Of a stretch of 64,000 nt of DNA, positions 18,033 through 27,516 are shown one piece after another (position 1 is the first letter of the stretch; every line of letters begins with the position of its first letter). The notes beneath the pieces are model-generated. The model did not search any database and was not told the DNA's origin. It saw only the letters and a program-made list of their open reading frames with translations. The translations under genes were made by a program, and so were the position numbers. Source of the stretch: an uncultured Candidatus Saccharibacteria bacterium (lineage in GTDB: Bacteria > Patescibacteriota > Minisyncoccia > Phycocordibacterales > Phycocordibacteraceae); NCBI GenBank assembly GCA_964507275.1, contig CAZDPG010000001.1, positions 340,577 to 404,576 on the forward strand, read 5' to 3'.

Positions 18033-18440
18033 TTATCCGCCGAGCGACTTCACCGTCGCCTGGATGGCCAGCGATATAGCCTTGGCACCCAAGAGGACGA
18101 GCGCACCGATAATCGTCCAGAGGAGCATATTCTTGGCTTCGTTGAGCTTCGTATCGCTTCCCTGTGCTACGACGAACTTGTACCCGACGAATACGAGCAT
18201 CAGGATGATAGCAATAGAGCCGATGCGGATGATGAACTCGAGGATGCTTGTGAGGAACGATTCGAGACTCGTACCCGACTTGAGCGGATTCATGAGCGTG
18301 ACACTCGACCCGGTGTTCTGGCCTCCGGTGAGCTCATAGCCCCCCGTGTTCTGGCCGCCACCAAGAGAGACTGCATGCGCCGCGACCGCCCCGACGGAAA
18401 GCGATGAGAGGAAAACGAGTGCAATGAGTAGTGATTTCAT
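18033..18440 (-). CDS. VirB2/TrbC-like pilin paralog 1 (signal peptide, Gly-rich linker, two helices)
   Basis: MKSLLIALVFLSSLSVGAVAAHA signal peptide. ILEFIIRIGSIAIILMLVFVGYKFVVAQGSDTKLNEAKNMLLWTIIGALVLLGAKAI is a classic TrbC/VirB2-type pilin core. Confidence 0.65.
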   Translation of the reverse strand: MKSLLIALVFLSSLSVGAVAAHAVSLGGGQNTGGYELTGGQNTGSSVTLMNPLKSGTSLESFLTSILEFIIRIGSIAIILMLVFVGYKFVVAQGSDTKLNEAKNMLLWTIIGALVLLGAKAISLAIQATVKSLGG

Positions 18441-18441
18441 A

Positions 18442-19752
18442 TTATTTTTGCAGAAGAGATGAGAGTGAACCCTCGCTGAGCGTGAGCGCCATGCCAGGAT
18501 CGAGACGGCCGCTTATCACACCGGTAATCATACTTGAGAAGATAGGATCCGTAGCGGCAGGCAGTGGGGACAACCATCCCTTGGCATACAGCGCCTCGGC
18601 ATACGCAACGGTGGCAATCGGATCGGCTGGTACGGTCGCCAACTGATTCAGGGTCGCTGGAGCGAGTCCGGTCAAGGTTGCGGCGGAGATCTGGGGAGCC
18701 GAGCCCGTGAGGAACGCAGCCGCCAGGTACGCCCCGGAAGCGTTCTTCGCACCGCGGGGAATCATGAACGAGTAAACGAGCCCATAGGCACTCTTCAAGT
18801 TCGCTGTCGCTGGCTGCGGGAGTGGCGATACGATGAAACTGAGATTCGGGTTTGCCGACCTGAGGAATCGAGCCTCAGAGACGTAGCCGAGATAGAGCGC
18901 GAGATCTCCAGCGAGGAATGCTTGCTGCGAGTTCTGGAGCGATGCATTCCAGGTATAGGAGACCTTCGATGGGTCAGCAAACTGCGTATAGAAGTTGAGA
19001 ACGGCCTGCCCCGGTGTTGCGTTATCGGAAGAAGCTCCGCTTAGATTGGCAGCGAGTTCGCCATTCATATACACAGAGAGCGGAATGCCTGTCTGAAGGA
19101 AGAGCGAGGAGAGGATGCCGCGTGCATTACGAACATTTTCGTAGGTACCAAGTGCGATGAGCCCGCGAGTGACCTGTTTCGTCGGAGTAATCTGGGCGAC
19201 ATGCGGCACGAGACCAGTGAGTGCCTCCCATGTCTCCGGAGGCTTCGCAACGCCACTCGACGCGAGGATAGACTGATTCGAGAACAGCACAAGCGGATCG
19301 ACGAGAAATGGCAGGCCGTAATAGCCCACTCCGTCTGGCGTGGCGAGCATCTTCCCTTCTTCGATAAAAGCGTTGTTGAACGCCGACACCGGGAGCGTCG
19401 AGAATGGTATTGGCACGATGATCTTCGTGAGCGCGTGCAGTTCTTCCTGTGAAGTAAGGACCAGGTCAGGAGCCTCACCGACCGCTATCGCAGCAGCGAG
19501 GTCTGAAGCAACCGTGCTTCGATCCTTCTGCACATAGGAAACATCTTTCATGGACTCCTCCGCCTGCGCGACCGCAATGAGGACGGCCTGCATATCCGCT
19601 TTCGGGAGCGTGCCCCAAATGACGACCGTGCCGATTGCGGTGTTGCCTGCGCGAGAAGCATCACCGGTGTGTGTCGCGAAGACGTAGAGACCAATCATCG
19701 CTCCGAGACCGAAGACACCGAACAAAATTCCTTGGAAGAGAGATATTTTCAT
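18442..19752 (-). CDS. membrane-anchored extracellular solute-binding protein (SBP family 1-like), orphan
   Basis: N-terminal TM anchor. SBP-1-like segments GTVVIWGT, YYGLPFLVDPLVLFSNQ, PETWEAL, AFLAGDLALYLGYVSE. No adjacent ABC permease or ATPase. Stop is 1 nt before the pilin paralog 1 start. Confidence 0.5.
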   Translation of the reverse strand: MKISLFQGILFGVFGLGAMIGLYVFATHTGDASRAGNTAIGTVVIWGTLPKADMQAVLIAVAQAEESMKDVSYVQKDRSTVASDLAAAIAVGEAPDLVLTSQEELHALTKIIVPIPFSTLPVSAFNNAFIEEGKMLATPDGVGYYGLPFLVDPLVLFSNQSILASSGVAKPPETWEALTGLVPHVAQITPTKQVTRGLIALGTYENVRNARGILSSLFLQTGIPLSVYMNGELAANLSGASSDNATPGQAVLNFYTQFADPSKVSYTWNASLQNSQQAFLAGDLALYLGYVSEARFLRSANPNLSFIVSPLPQPATANLKSAYGLVYSFMIPRGAKNASGAYLAAAFLTGSAPQISAATLTGLAPATLNQLATVPADPIATVAYAEALYAKGWLSPLPAATDPIFSSMITGVISGRLDPGMALTLSEGSLSSLLQK

Positions 19753-19755
19753 AGA

Positions 19756-20292
19756 TTACGGTGCGGTGAATATGATTCCATAATGATGCGGGCCGGCGCG
19801 AAACGATTTCACTTTATGAAAACCGCTCTGGATGAAGAGTTCCTCGGCATCACGCTCGGATACGACTCGTTCCGGAACCGGGCCCATGCCGCCATAGCTC
19901 CCCGCCCAATCGACGACAAGGATCTTGCCTCCTGATTTAATGACTCGCTTCATCTCCGCAATGAGACCAGAGCGGTTTTCAATCTGGAAGAGAGCATTCG
20001 CGAGGATAATCGCATCGAGCGACGCGTCCCGCAGGTGTGTGCCTCCTGCCTTCTCAACATCACCCCAGACCGTCTCGATACTGCTCCGATGCTCTTCGTG
20101 CGTGTTTAGCTTCAGGTGCTTCAGCACGTCTTCCTGCACGTCTACCGCATACACCTTGCCGTCATATCCCACGATAGGCGCGGCAGCCCGGGCGTAATGC
20201 CCCGAGCCGGTGCAGAAATCTCCCACCTTCATGCCTTCGCGCAATCCGAGATGGAGGACGTTCTCTCGTGGTGAACTGAAATGAGCGCTCAT
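19756..20292 (-). CDS. class I SAM-dependent methyltransferase
   Basis: Rossmann motif I DFCTGSGHYA and an acidic motif II. Confidence 0.7.
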   Translation of the reverse strand: MSAHFSSPRENVLHLGLREGMKVGDFCTGSGHYARAAAPIVGYDGKVYAVDVQEDVLKHLKLNTHEEHRSSIETVWGDVEKAGGTHLRDASLDAIILANALFQIENRSGLIAEMKRVIKSGGKILVVDWAGSYGGMGPVPERVVSERDAEELFIQSGFHKVKSFRAGPHHYGIIFTAP

Positions 20293-20519
20293 GGATGCTT
20301 ATAAAATACCATGCGCGGGCACGAGAAGCGCGCGCAATCAACAGTACAAAAATAAAACGTCGCGAGGAAAACTGGTCGTTGGTATCCCTCTAGGACAACA
20401 ACGTACTTCACCAGTTTTCTGCTCGCGGCAACCTACCGCGTCCGCCGAAGTACTTTATCTAGAATTTCCTTCAGTAAGAGGAAGGGGCGGTCAGTCCCAT
20501 CTCTGGTGGGATAAGGGTA

Positions 20520-23015
20520 CTACAGCGCCGCCATCGAGGCAATCGAATCACCCTCGCGCATCTTCATGACACGCACACCCTGCGTCGCGCGAGAGAGGAG
20601 TGATATGGACGCGACCGACGTGCGAATCACCTGACCCTTCTTCGAAACGACGACAATCTCCTCGTCTTCGATACTTCCGGATACGATTTTCGCGCCGATG
20701 ATTTCGCCGGTCTTGGGCGTGACCTCGGCCGTCTTGATGCCTGAACCGCCGCGACCCTGCACCTTGTATTCGCTCATCTTGGTGCGCTTGCCATACCCCT
20801 TGCTCATGATGACGAGGAGAGACGCATCCTTCGCAGAGAGCGCCGGGATAACCTCGGCCGACACGACACGGTCGCCCTTCTTCACGCTCATGCCCTTCAC
20901 GCCGCCGGCGGTACGGCCCATCTCGCGTGCATCTTCGACATCGAAGCGGATTGATTGACCCTTCGAGGTGACGATCGAGACCGTATCACCTTCTGATGAG
21001 TGGTTCGCTGAAACGAGCTTGTCCCCTTTCTTCAGATTGATCGCGATGATCCCTGATCGGCGCACATCAGCGAACGACTTTGCCGCCACACGCTTCACGA
21101 CGCCCTGCTCGGTCACGAAGACGACCGATGATGCCTCGAGCGCTGCGCCCTTCGGCACGGGCAGTATCGAGGTCACTTTCTCCTCGGCCGCGAGCGACAG
21201 GAAGTTCATGATGGACTTCCCCTTGGTCGCGCGACGACCCTCGGGAAGCTCATACATCTTGAGCTGGTATGCCTTGCCGAAATCAGTGAAGAACAAGAGA
21301 TCGCTATGCGCGCTCGTCACGAGGAAATGCGTCACGATGTCTTCCTCCTTCGTCGCGATATCGACGACGCCCACGCCACCGCGCTTCTGACTCTTATACT
21401 CATCGGGGTTCGTGCGCTTCACATAGCCGCCCTGGGTGAGCAGGAGCATTGAGTCCTCGTCCGGCACAAGGTCTTCGACTGAGATGTTCTGCACGCCGCC
21501 CTTCACGATGCGCGTACGCCGGTCGTCGCCGTACTTCTCCATGAGCTCTTCGAGTTCCTTCTTCACCACCGCAAGAATCTTCTTCGGCGAAGAGAGGACG
21601 TCCTTCAACTTCTTGATGAGTGCCTGCACTTCGGAGAGTTCATCTTCGAGCTTCTTGCGCTCGAGGCCGGCGAGCTTGGAGAGGCGCATCTCAAGGATGG
21701 CGGCCGCTTGGAGTACAGAAAAACCAAACTTCTTCTGGAGTGCGGCGCTCGCGCTCGGCACATCAGCAGCTTTCTTGATGATTGCGATGACCTCGTCGAT
21801 GTGGTCGAGCGCTTTGCAGAGACCGAGGAGGATGTGCTCGCGGGCTTCAGCCTGGCGCAGATCGTATTCGGTGCGGCGCTTCACGACTTCTTGGCGATGC
21901 TTGATGAAATGATTGAGCATGCTCTGGAGCGAGAGCATTTCCGGCACGCCATCGACGAGAGCGAGCATGTTGTAGTGGAACGTACTCTCGAGCTCGGTGT
22001 GCTTGTAGAGCGCATTCAGGACTGCCTGCGGATGCGCCGTGCCCTTGAGCTCCACGACGACACGCACATCCGGCATGCCACGTTCATCTCCTGCAGACTC
22101 GTCACGCAGGTCGCGAATACCCTCTATCTTCTTGTCCTGCACCAGCTCGGCGATACGCGTGATAAGGTCGCTCTTGTTCACGCGGTACGGAATCGACGTG
22201 ATGATGATGCGCGTATCCTTCTTCCCGTCGTCGACGATCTCGGCCTCCCCACGCACGATGACCGGACCCTTGCCCGTACCATACGCGTGCTTAATATCGG
22301 ACTGATTGAATGCGACGCCGCCCATCGGAAAATCAGGGCCTTTCACGAATTGGAGGAGGTCTTCAGTCGTCGCGTCGGGATTCTCGATGAGATGGACCGT
22401 CGCCGCCACTACTTCGCGGAGGTTGTGTGGCGGGATGTTCGTCGCCATACCCACAGCGATGCCGAGCGTGCCGTTCAGAAGCAGGTTCGGGAGCGCTGCC
22501 GGGAGCACGTTCGGCTCTTCGCGCGTCGCATCATAGTTTGGGTTCCACTTGACCGTCTCTTTCTCGAGATCGGCAAGAAGCGCATCGGCGACACGCGACA
22601 TCTTCGCTTCGGTGTAACGCATCGCCGCCGGACTATCGCCGTCGATCGAGCCAAAGTTACCCTGGCCGAGCACGAGCGGATAACGATGGGAGAATGGCTG
22701 TGCCATCTTCGCCATCGAATCGTAGACCGCGACATCACCATGCGGGTGATACTTACCCAGCACTTCGCCGACCACAGTCGCACTCTTGCGGAACTTCGCG
22801 CCCGGTACGAGCCCCATGTCTTTCATCGCATAGAGGATGCGACGATGTACCGGCTTCAATCCGTCGCGCACGTCCGGCAGAGCACGCCCCGTGATGACGG
22901 TCATCGCATAGTCGATATACGACTGCCGCATCTCCGAGACGATCGGCTGGTCTATGACGTTTGCCGCTACCGGCAGTACGACATCCTTTTCTTCATCTCC
23001 CTTTCCGCGTGCCAT
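20520..23015 (-). CDS. gyrA: DNA gyrase subunit A
   Basis: 831 aa. Active-site region [28 protein letters not shown], and C-terminal beta-pinwheel repeats with a GyrA box. Confidence 0.95.
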   Translation of the reverse strand: MARGKGDEEKDVVLPVAANVIDQPIVSEMRQSYIDYAMTVITGRALPDVRDGLKPVHRRILYAMKDMGLVPGAKFRKSATVVGEVLGKYHPHGDVAVYDSMAKMAQPFSHRYPLVLGQGNFGSIDGDSPAAMRYTEAKMSRVADALLADLEKETVKWNPNYDATREEPNVLPAALPNLLLNGTLGIAVGMATNIPPHNLREVVAATVHLIENPDATTEDLLQFVKGPDFPMGGVAFNQSDIKHAYGTGKGPVIVRGEAEIVDDGKKDTRIIITSIPYRVNKSDLITRIAELVQDKKIEGIRDLRDESAGDERGMPDVRVVVELKGTAHPQAVLNALYKHTELESTFHYNMLALVDGVPEMLSLQSMLNHFIKHRQEVVKRRTEYDLRQAEAREHILLGLCKALDHIDEVIAIIKKAADVPSASAALQKKFGFSVLQAAAILEMRLSKLAGLERKKLEDELSEVQALIKKLKDVLSSPKKILAVVKKELEELMEKYGDDRRTRIVKGGVQNISVEDLVPDEDSMLLLTQGGYVKRTNPDEYKSQKRGGVGVVDIATKEEDIVTHFLVTSAHSDLLFFTDFGKAYQLKMYELPEGRRATKGKSIMNFLSLAAEEKVTSILPVPKGAALEASSVVFVTEQGVVKRVAAKSFADVRRSGIIAINLKKGDKLVSANHSSEGDTVSIVTSKGQSIRFDVEDAREMGRTAGGVKGMSVKKGDRVVSAEVIPALSAKDASLLVIMSKGYGKRTKMSEYKVQGRGGSGIKTAEVTPKTGEIIGAKIVSGSIEDEEIVVVSKKGQVIRTSVASISLLSRATQGVRVMKMREGDSIASMAAL

Positions 23016-23030
23016 GATTGAATATAAAAG

Positions 23031-23381
23031 TTAGAAAGGAAGGATCGTCTGCTCAGACTGCTTCTTAGTCGTTGGCGTGGTATCGATGATCTCGATATGC
23101 GCCGGAGCATCCTGCGAGCTCTCGAAAGCGGAAGCGGCACCGACGCCTGCGAGATTCTGATTGTTTACACCATCATTCTCCACCTGGACCGTGGCTCCTT
23201 GTCCCGTTGCGTCCGCAAATGAACTGCCGCGGAGCGCAAACGTACCAGACGCGTAATTGCCCGCGAGCCATACAAATGCGATGAGCGCGCTCATGAGTGT
23301 CGCTGCACCGAACGCTACCTGCTTGCGGACATGGTGCGGCTTCCCTTTCACGTATTCGATGTGTTCGACGATGTTCTTCAT
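23031..23381 (-). CDS. hypothetical small membrane protein
   Basis: 116 aa with one TM helix. Confidence 0.35.
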   Translation of the reverse strand: MKNIVEHIEYVKGKPHHVRKQVAFGAATLMSALIAFVWLAGNYASGTFALRGSSFADATGQGATVQVENDGVNNQNLAGVGAASAFESSQDAPAHIEIIDTTPTTKKQSEQTILPF

Positions 23382-23386
23382 GAAAG

Positions 23387-24028
23387 TTACGGAGTTAGTA
23401 CTAGTATACTCCCGTCGCGCCCAGCGAGATCTTTCTTCTTGAGCGTGAGTTTGTCGAGCTTGTCGCTACCGTTCCCAGCATCCTTCAGGAACGTCTCGAG
23501 CGATTTCGGGGTGCCCATACCACTCCAATGCATCGGAATGATGATCTTCGGCTCAAGTGAGACGGCGAGCTCATGTGCTTTGGCGGGAGTGAGGACGCCA
23601 TCACCGCCGACCGGTACGAACAGCACGTCAATCTCATCGATGCTCTCGCGTGCTTCTGCGGAGAGTTCCGTATCGGCAAGCGCACCGAGATGGACAAGGG
23701 TCATATCTTCGAGCTCAACGCTATATATAGTGTTCACCGCCGCTTCCTGACCCTTCGAGAGGCCATACGCGCTCTTGGATAGGAACCCTTGGATGACGAC
23801 GCCCTGGCGCTCGTACTCCCCAGGACCAGTAATGGCAAACGGCTCTTTGTCGCCATACGTCACCTCATCCACGCCGTTCATGTCGGGATGATTGCGCGAG
23901 ACAAGCGCGATATCCGCACCGAACCGGACCGAGGGAAGCGTCGCGCCTTTCGAGATAGGATCGAAGACGATCGTGAGGTCGCCAAGCGTCACTTTGAAAC
24001 ATTGCCCGCCGTGGTGCGTGATGACCAT
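23387..24028 (-). CDS. MBL-fold metal-dependent hydrolase
   Basis: Metallo-beta-lactamase fold, beta-strand start MVITHHGGQCFKV. Start trimmed to 24028. Confidence 0.65.
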   Translation of the reverse strand: MVITHHGGQCFKVTLGDLTIVFDPISKGATLPSVRFGADIALVSRNHPDMNGVDEVTYGDKEPFAITGPGEYERQGVVIQGFLSKSAYGLSKGQEAAVNTIYSVELEDMTLVHLGALADTELSAEARESIDEIDVLFVPVGGDGVLTPAKAHELAVSLEPKIIIPMHWSGMGTPKSLETFLKDAGNGSDKLDKLTLKKKDLAGRDGSILVLTP

Positions 24029-24440
24029 AAAGTACGTGCATTGTAGCACAAAACCTGGCTACGCGACAGCCTTTCATGCACCCCTACCGGTTGCAATGGG
24101 AGGCCTTCCTGTTACAGTTCTGATAGACGTTCTCTCTGAGAATCGAGTGGCGTCTCCCTGAAACTTTTCTGAGGAGAGCACCATGAACAAGCGCATTCCC
24201 GACGGCGACGGCATCACCAATGCGATTGGCGGCGGCGGCAACGCAAAGCTCGATGATCCGACCCAACCCTGACACGCCGGCAGTCATTTCAGTCGAATCC
24301 ACGTCCTCCTATGGAGGGCGTGAACTTTTTATACTCCTGTGCTATAGTCTGCCTATCGCGTGCTGGAGAAGTAGGAAGGCGTTAACCCTGAAAATCGAAA
24401 GGTTTCAGTACCCTTCTCGAAAATCCACACCGCTATATAT

Positions 24441-25562
24441 ATGTCTGAAGAGACGAAAGTGAAGGCAGCACCGCTGCCGACTATCCATCTCGCCGAGGGG
24501 CACCCTATGGCGGGTCTTATTGACGCCATTCCGACGCCTCCGGGTGCCGGTGATCTCGTCGAGGGCACGATTATCGCAATCTCTCGCGGTCGCGTGTACA
24601 TCGAGCTCGCACCGTTCGGTACCGGCCTCATCTACGGTCGCGAGTACTTGAATGCCGCAGACGTCCTGCGCAAGGCGAACCCTGGCGATCTCATAAGTGC
24701 GAAGGTCGTCGACCCAGCGGGGCGCGATGGCTACATCGAGCTCTCGCTCAAAGAAGCGCGCCAGGCAGCTATCTGGGGCGAAGCTGAGACAGCCATCCTC
24801 TCTCAGACACCATACTCACTCATTGTCGAGGAAGCGAACAAGGGCGGACTCATCCTCTCGTGGCAGGGCATCCAGGGATTCCTCCCGGCTTCCCAGCTCA
24901 CGGGCGAGCACTATCCGCGTGTACCGGAGGGCGATAAGGACAAGATCCTCGGTGAACTCATGCGGCTCATCGGTCAATCGCTCTCGGTGCGCATCATCAC
25001 GGCCGATGCGAAGGAGGGTAAGCTCATCTTCTCGGAGCGTATGGGCAATGAGTCTGAAGAGAAAGCCTCGCTCATCGACAAGTACCAGGTCGGCGACGCC
25101 GTCGAAGGCGAAGTCACGGGTATCGTCGACTTCGGTGTCTTCGTGAAGCTCGAATCAGGCCTCGAAGGTCTCGTGCACATCAGCGAGCTCGATTGGGGCC
25201 TCGTCGAGGATCCACACACCCTCTTCAATGTGGGTGATAAGGTCCGCGTGAAGGTCATCGAGATCAAAGACGGCAAAGTCTCGCTCTCGATCAAGGCGCT
25301 CAAGGAGAATCCGTGGCACACAGCAAGCGAGCGCTACACCAAGGGAATGGAGGTGCCGGGCGTCATCATCAAGTACAACAAGCACGGTGCACTCGCGTCC
25401 ATCGAGGAAGGCGTCGCCGGGCTCGTCCATGTGAGCGAGTTCACCTCGCCGCAGGAACTGCGCGAGAAGCTCGAGCTTGGGAAGACGTACCCATTCGCCA
25501 TCTCGCTCTTCGAACCGAAGGACCAGCGCATGACGCTCACCTTCGTCGACAAGAAGAAGTAA
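24441..25562 (+). CDS. rpsA: 30S ribosomal protein S1 (short, 4 S1 domains)
   Basis: Repeated S1 OB-fold motifs (GDLVEGTII..., VGDAVEGEVTGIVDFGVFVKL, GMEVPGVIIKYNKHGALASI...GLVHVSE). Confidence 0.85.
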   Translation: MSEETKVKAAPLPTIHLAEGHPMAGLIDAIPTPPGAGDLVEGTIIAISRGRVYIELAPFGTGLIYGREYLNAADVLRKANPGDLISAKVVDPAGRDGYIELSLKEARQAAIWGEAETAILSQTPYSLIVEEANKGGLILSWQGIQGFLPASQLTGEHYPRVPEGDKDKILGELMRLIGQSLSVRIITADAKEGKLIFSERMGNESEEKASLIDKYQVGDAVEGEVTGIVDFGVFVKLESGLEGLVHISELDWGLVEDPHTLFNVGDKVRVKVIEIKDGKVSLSIKALKENPWHTASERYTKGMEVPGVIIKYNKHGALASIEEGVAGLVHVSEFTSPQELREKLELGKTYPFAISLFEPKDQRMTLTFVDKKK

Positions 25563-25584
25563 TCACGTCTTGTACAAGCGAAGC

Positions 25585-25612
25585 AAAACCCCCGCCGACG
25601 CGGGGGTTTTGC
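25585..25612 (+). terminator. rho-independent terminator (aaaacccccgc-cgac-gcgggggtttt)
   Basis: Perfect GC-rich stem plus T-run 23 nt after the rpsA stop. Confidence 0.7.
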
Positions 25613-25624
25613 TATACTCTCCCG

Positions 25625-26218
25625 ATGAAGCAAGTTGTCGTCATACATGGTGGACATATATTCGAGTCTCAAGAAGAATACCTTTCCCACCTCCAGAATT
25701 ATAAGATCGGGAGTCTTGAGTATTTTAAGAGAACAGGATGGAAGCCATCCCTCGTGAAGGAGCTCGGAGAAGGTTATGAAGTCATCCTCCCGAGCATGCC
25801 GTGCAAAGAGAACGCGAAATACCCTGAATGGAAAATCTGGTTCGAAAAGATGATTCCCTTCCTTGAAGACAACGTAATTCTTGTTGGCCATTCGCTCGGT
25901 GGGAAATTCCTAGCAAGGTATTTAGCCGAAGAGACTTTCTCCAGAAAGATTCTCGCGGTGATACTCATCGCGTCTCCTTTTGATCGCAGTTCCCGCAAGC
26001 ACACTGATTTCTTCTTACCTGACTCGCTTGCGATGTTTGAACGGCAAGGAGGCAACATAATTCTCTTCCATAGCAAAGACGATCCTGTCGTGAACTTCTC
26101 TGAACTCGCAAAATATCAAGAACTGCTTCCAGACGCGACAGTGCGCATCTTCGACGACCGCCAGCACTTCAATCAAGCGGGGTTCCCCGAGCTTGTTGCC
26201 GAAATTAAGAGCCTTTAG
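25625..26218 (+). CDS. alpha/beta-hydrolase (RBBP9/YdeN-like serine hydrolase); AT-rich
   Basis: Nucleophile elbow GHSLGG. Starts at MKQVVVIHGG. Noticeably lower GC than the surroundings. Confidence 0.65.
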   Translation: MKQVVVIHGGHIFESQEEYLSHLQNYKIGSLEYFKRTGWKPSLVKELGEGYEVILPSMPCKENAKYPEWKIWFEKMIPFLEDNVILVGHSLGGKFLARYLAEETFSRKILAVILIASPFDRSSRKHTDFFLPDSLAMFERQGGNIILFHSKDDPVVNFSELAKYQELLPDATVRIFDDRQHFNQAGFPELVAEIKSL

Positions 26219-26811
26219 CGCGTATTCGCAAATAGCATCGCCGCCTCGATATCCTCTGTCGCGAAGATGCGTGCTGCTTCGACAACCTTCTTTAGGACCT
26301 TCTTCACGAGCACTTCTTCAGTTGGCTTCCATTTCCCTATCACCATTTTAATAACCTTCTCCTCACCCACGACCTTCTTCGCCTGATTCTTCTTCCCTGC
26401 GGCACTAATGCCGATGCGGATGCGCGCGAACTCTTTCGTCTTGGTCGCGCGCATGATGCTCTCAACACCTTTGTGTCCGCCACTACCGCGCCCGAAGACC
26501 ATTTTCACTGTACCGAGCGGAAGATCGAGATCATCGTGGATGACGAGGAGATTCTTCGCCGCTTTCGGTGTCTTCACGAACGCCGCAACGGCCTTCCCGG
26601 AGAGATTCATCATCGTCTCGGGCAGGACGAGTGTTGCTTTCTCGCTTCCCACTACACCTTTCGCGACGAGCGCATTGCTTGCCTTGTTAAAAACGAACGC
26701 ATCGAAGTCCTCTTGTTTCGCGAGAATCTCGACAGCACTTCTTCCCGCGTTGTGTCGCGTCTTTTCGTATTCTTTCCCTGGGTTTCCGAGACCTACAATG
26801 ACGAGTGCCAT
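26215..26811 (-). CDS. pth: peptidyl-tRNA hydrolase
   Basis: MALVIVGLGNPGKEYEKTRHNAG...MNLSG. Trimmed from the track ORF to the ATG at 26811. Confidence 0.85.
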   Translation of the reverse strand: MALVIVGLGNPGKEYEKTRHNAGRSAVEILAKQEDFDAFVFNKASNALVAKGVVGSEKATLVLPETMMNLSGKAVAAFVKTPKAAKNLLVIHDDLDLPLGTVKMVFGRGSGGHKGVESIMRATKTKEFARIRIGISAAGKKNQAKKVVGEEKVIKMVIGKWKPTEEVLVKKVLKKVVEAARIFATEDIEAAMLFANTR

Positions 26812-26940
26812 GCGCTCGATAGTACCATATCCGCCTATCGCTCCATCGGCAGAGATAGTTTCCGCGCTTCTGAGCGCTCCAGAATTACTTCGCGCGCTCC
26901 CAAAACTTGCATGCCAGAAACAGACGCGTACAATACGCGC

Positions 26941-27516
26941 ATGCAAGACATTGGAAAGGGTCTCTTGAAGGATCTTTTCACCCTCGCACTTCTCATTGTC
27001 GTCGTGGTCATCCCGATCCGGATGTTCATCGTGTCGCCTTTCGTCGTCGACGGAGCATCGATGCATCCGACGTTCGAGAACCTCGACTACCTCATCATCG
27101 ACGAGATTGTGTATGCCTTTTCTTCACCAGCGCGTGGCGATGTCGTCGTCTTCCGCTACCCCGGCAACCCATCTATCTTCTACATCAAGAGGATCATTGG
27201 GCTTCCGGGAGAGACGGTTTCGATAAATCGCGGAAGTGTCACTATATCGAGCGCAAGCGGTGAGGACATCGCGCTCACCGAGCCGTACATCGTGAATGAG
27301 GACGCGACCTACACGAAAAGTATTTCGCTGAATGACGGCGAATACTTCGTCATGGGCGACAATCGTCCTAACAGCTCCGACAGTCGCGTCTGGGGCGTAC
27401 TGCCGCGCGAGAACATCATCGGACGCGTCGATTTGCGTCTTCTGCCGATTCGGGAAAGTGAATTCTTCCCCGGCAGAGCGACCTATGCAAGCGCGACCAC
27501 CTCAGTAGCCCTATGA
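26941..27516 (+). CDS. lepB: signal peptidase I
   Basis: TM helix, Ser box VVDGASMHPT, GDNRPNSSDSR box. Start chosen at MQDIGKG. Confidence 0.85.
   Translation: MQDIGKGLLKDLFTLALLIVVVVIPIRMFIVSPFVVDGASMHPTFENLDYLIIDEIVYAFSSPARGDVVVFRYPGNPSIFYIKRIIGLPGETVSINRGSVTISSASGEDIALTEPYIVNEDATYTKSISLNDGEYFVMGDNRPNSSDSRVWGVLPRENIIGRVDLRLLPIRESEFFPGRATYASATTSVAL

Noticed and set aside
21708-23021. 437 aa plus-strand ORF antisense to gyrA
   Set aside because: gyrA is unambiguous, and the antisense frame is open only because of GC3 bias.
24183-24272. 29 aa Gly-rich mini-ORF (MNKRIPDGDGITNAIGGGGNAKLDDPTQP) in the MBL/rpsA divergent intergenic region
   Set aside because: Too short, no RBS, no conservation evidence. 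Probably promoter-region noise.
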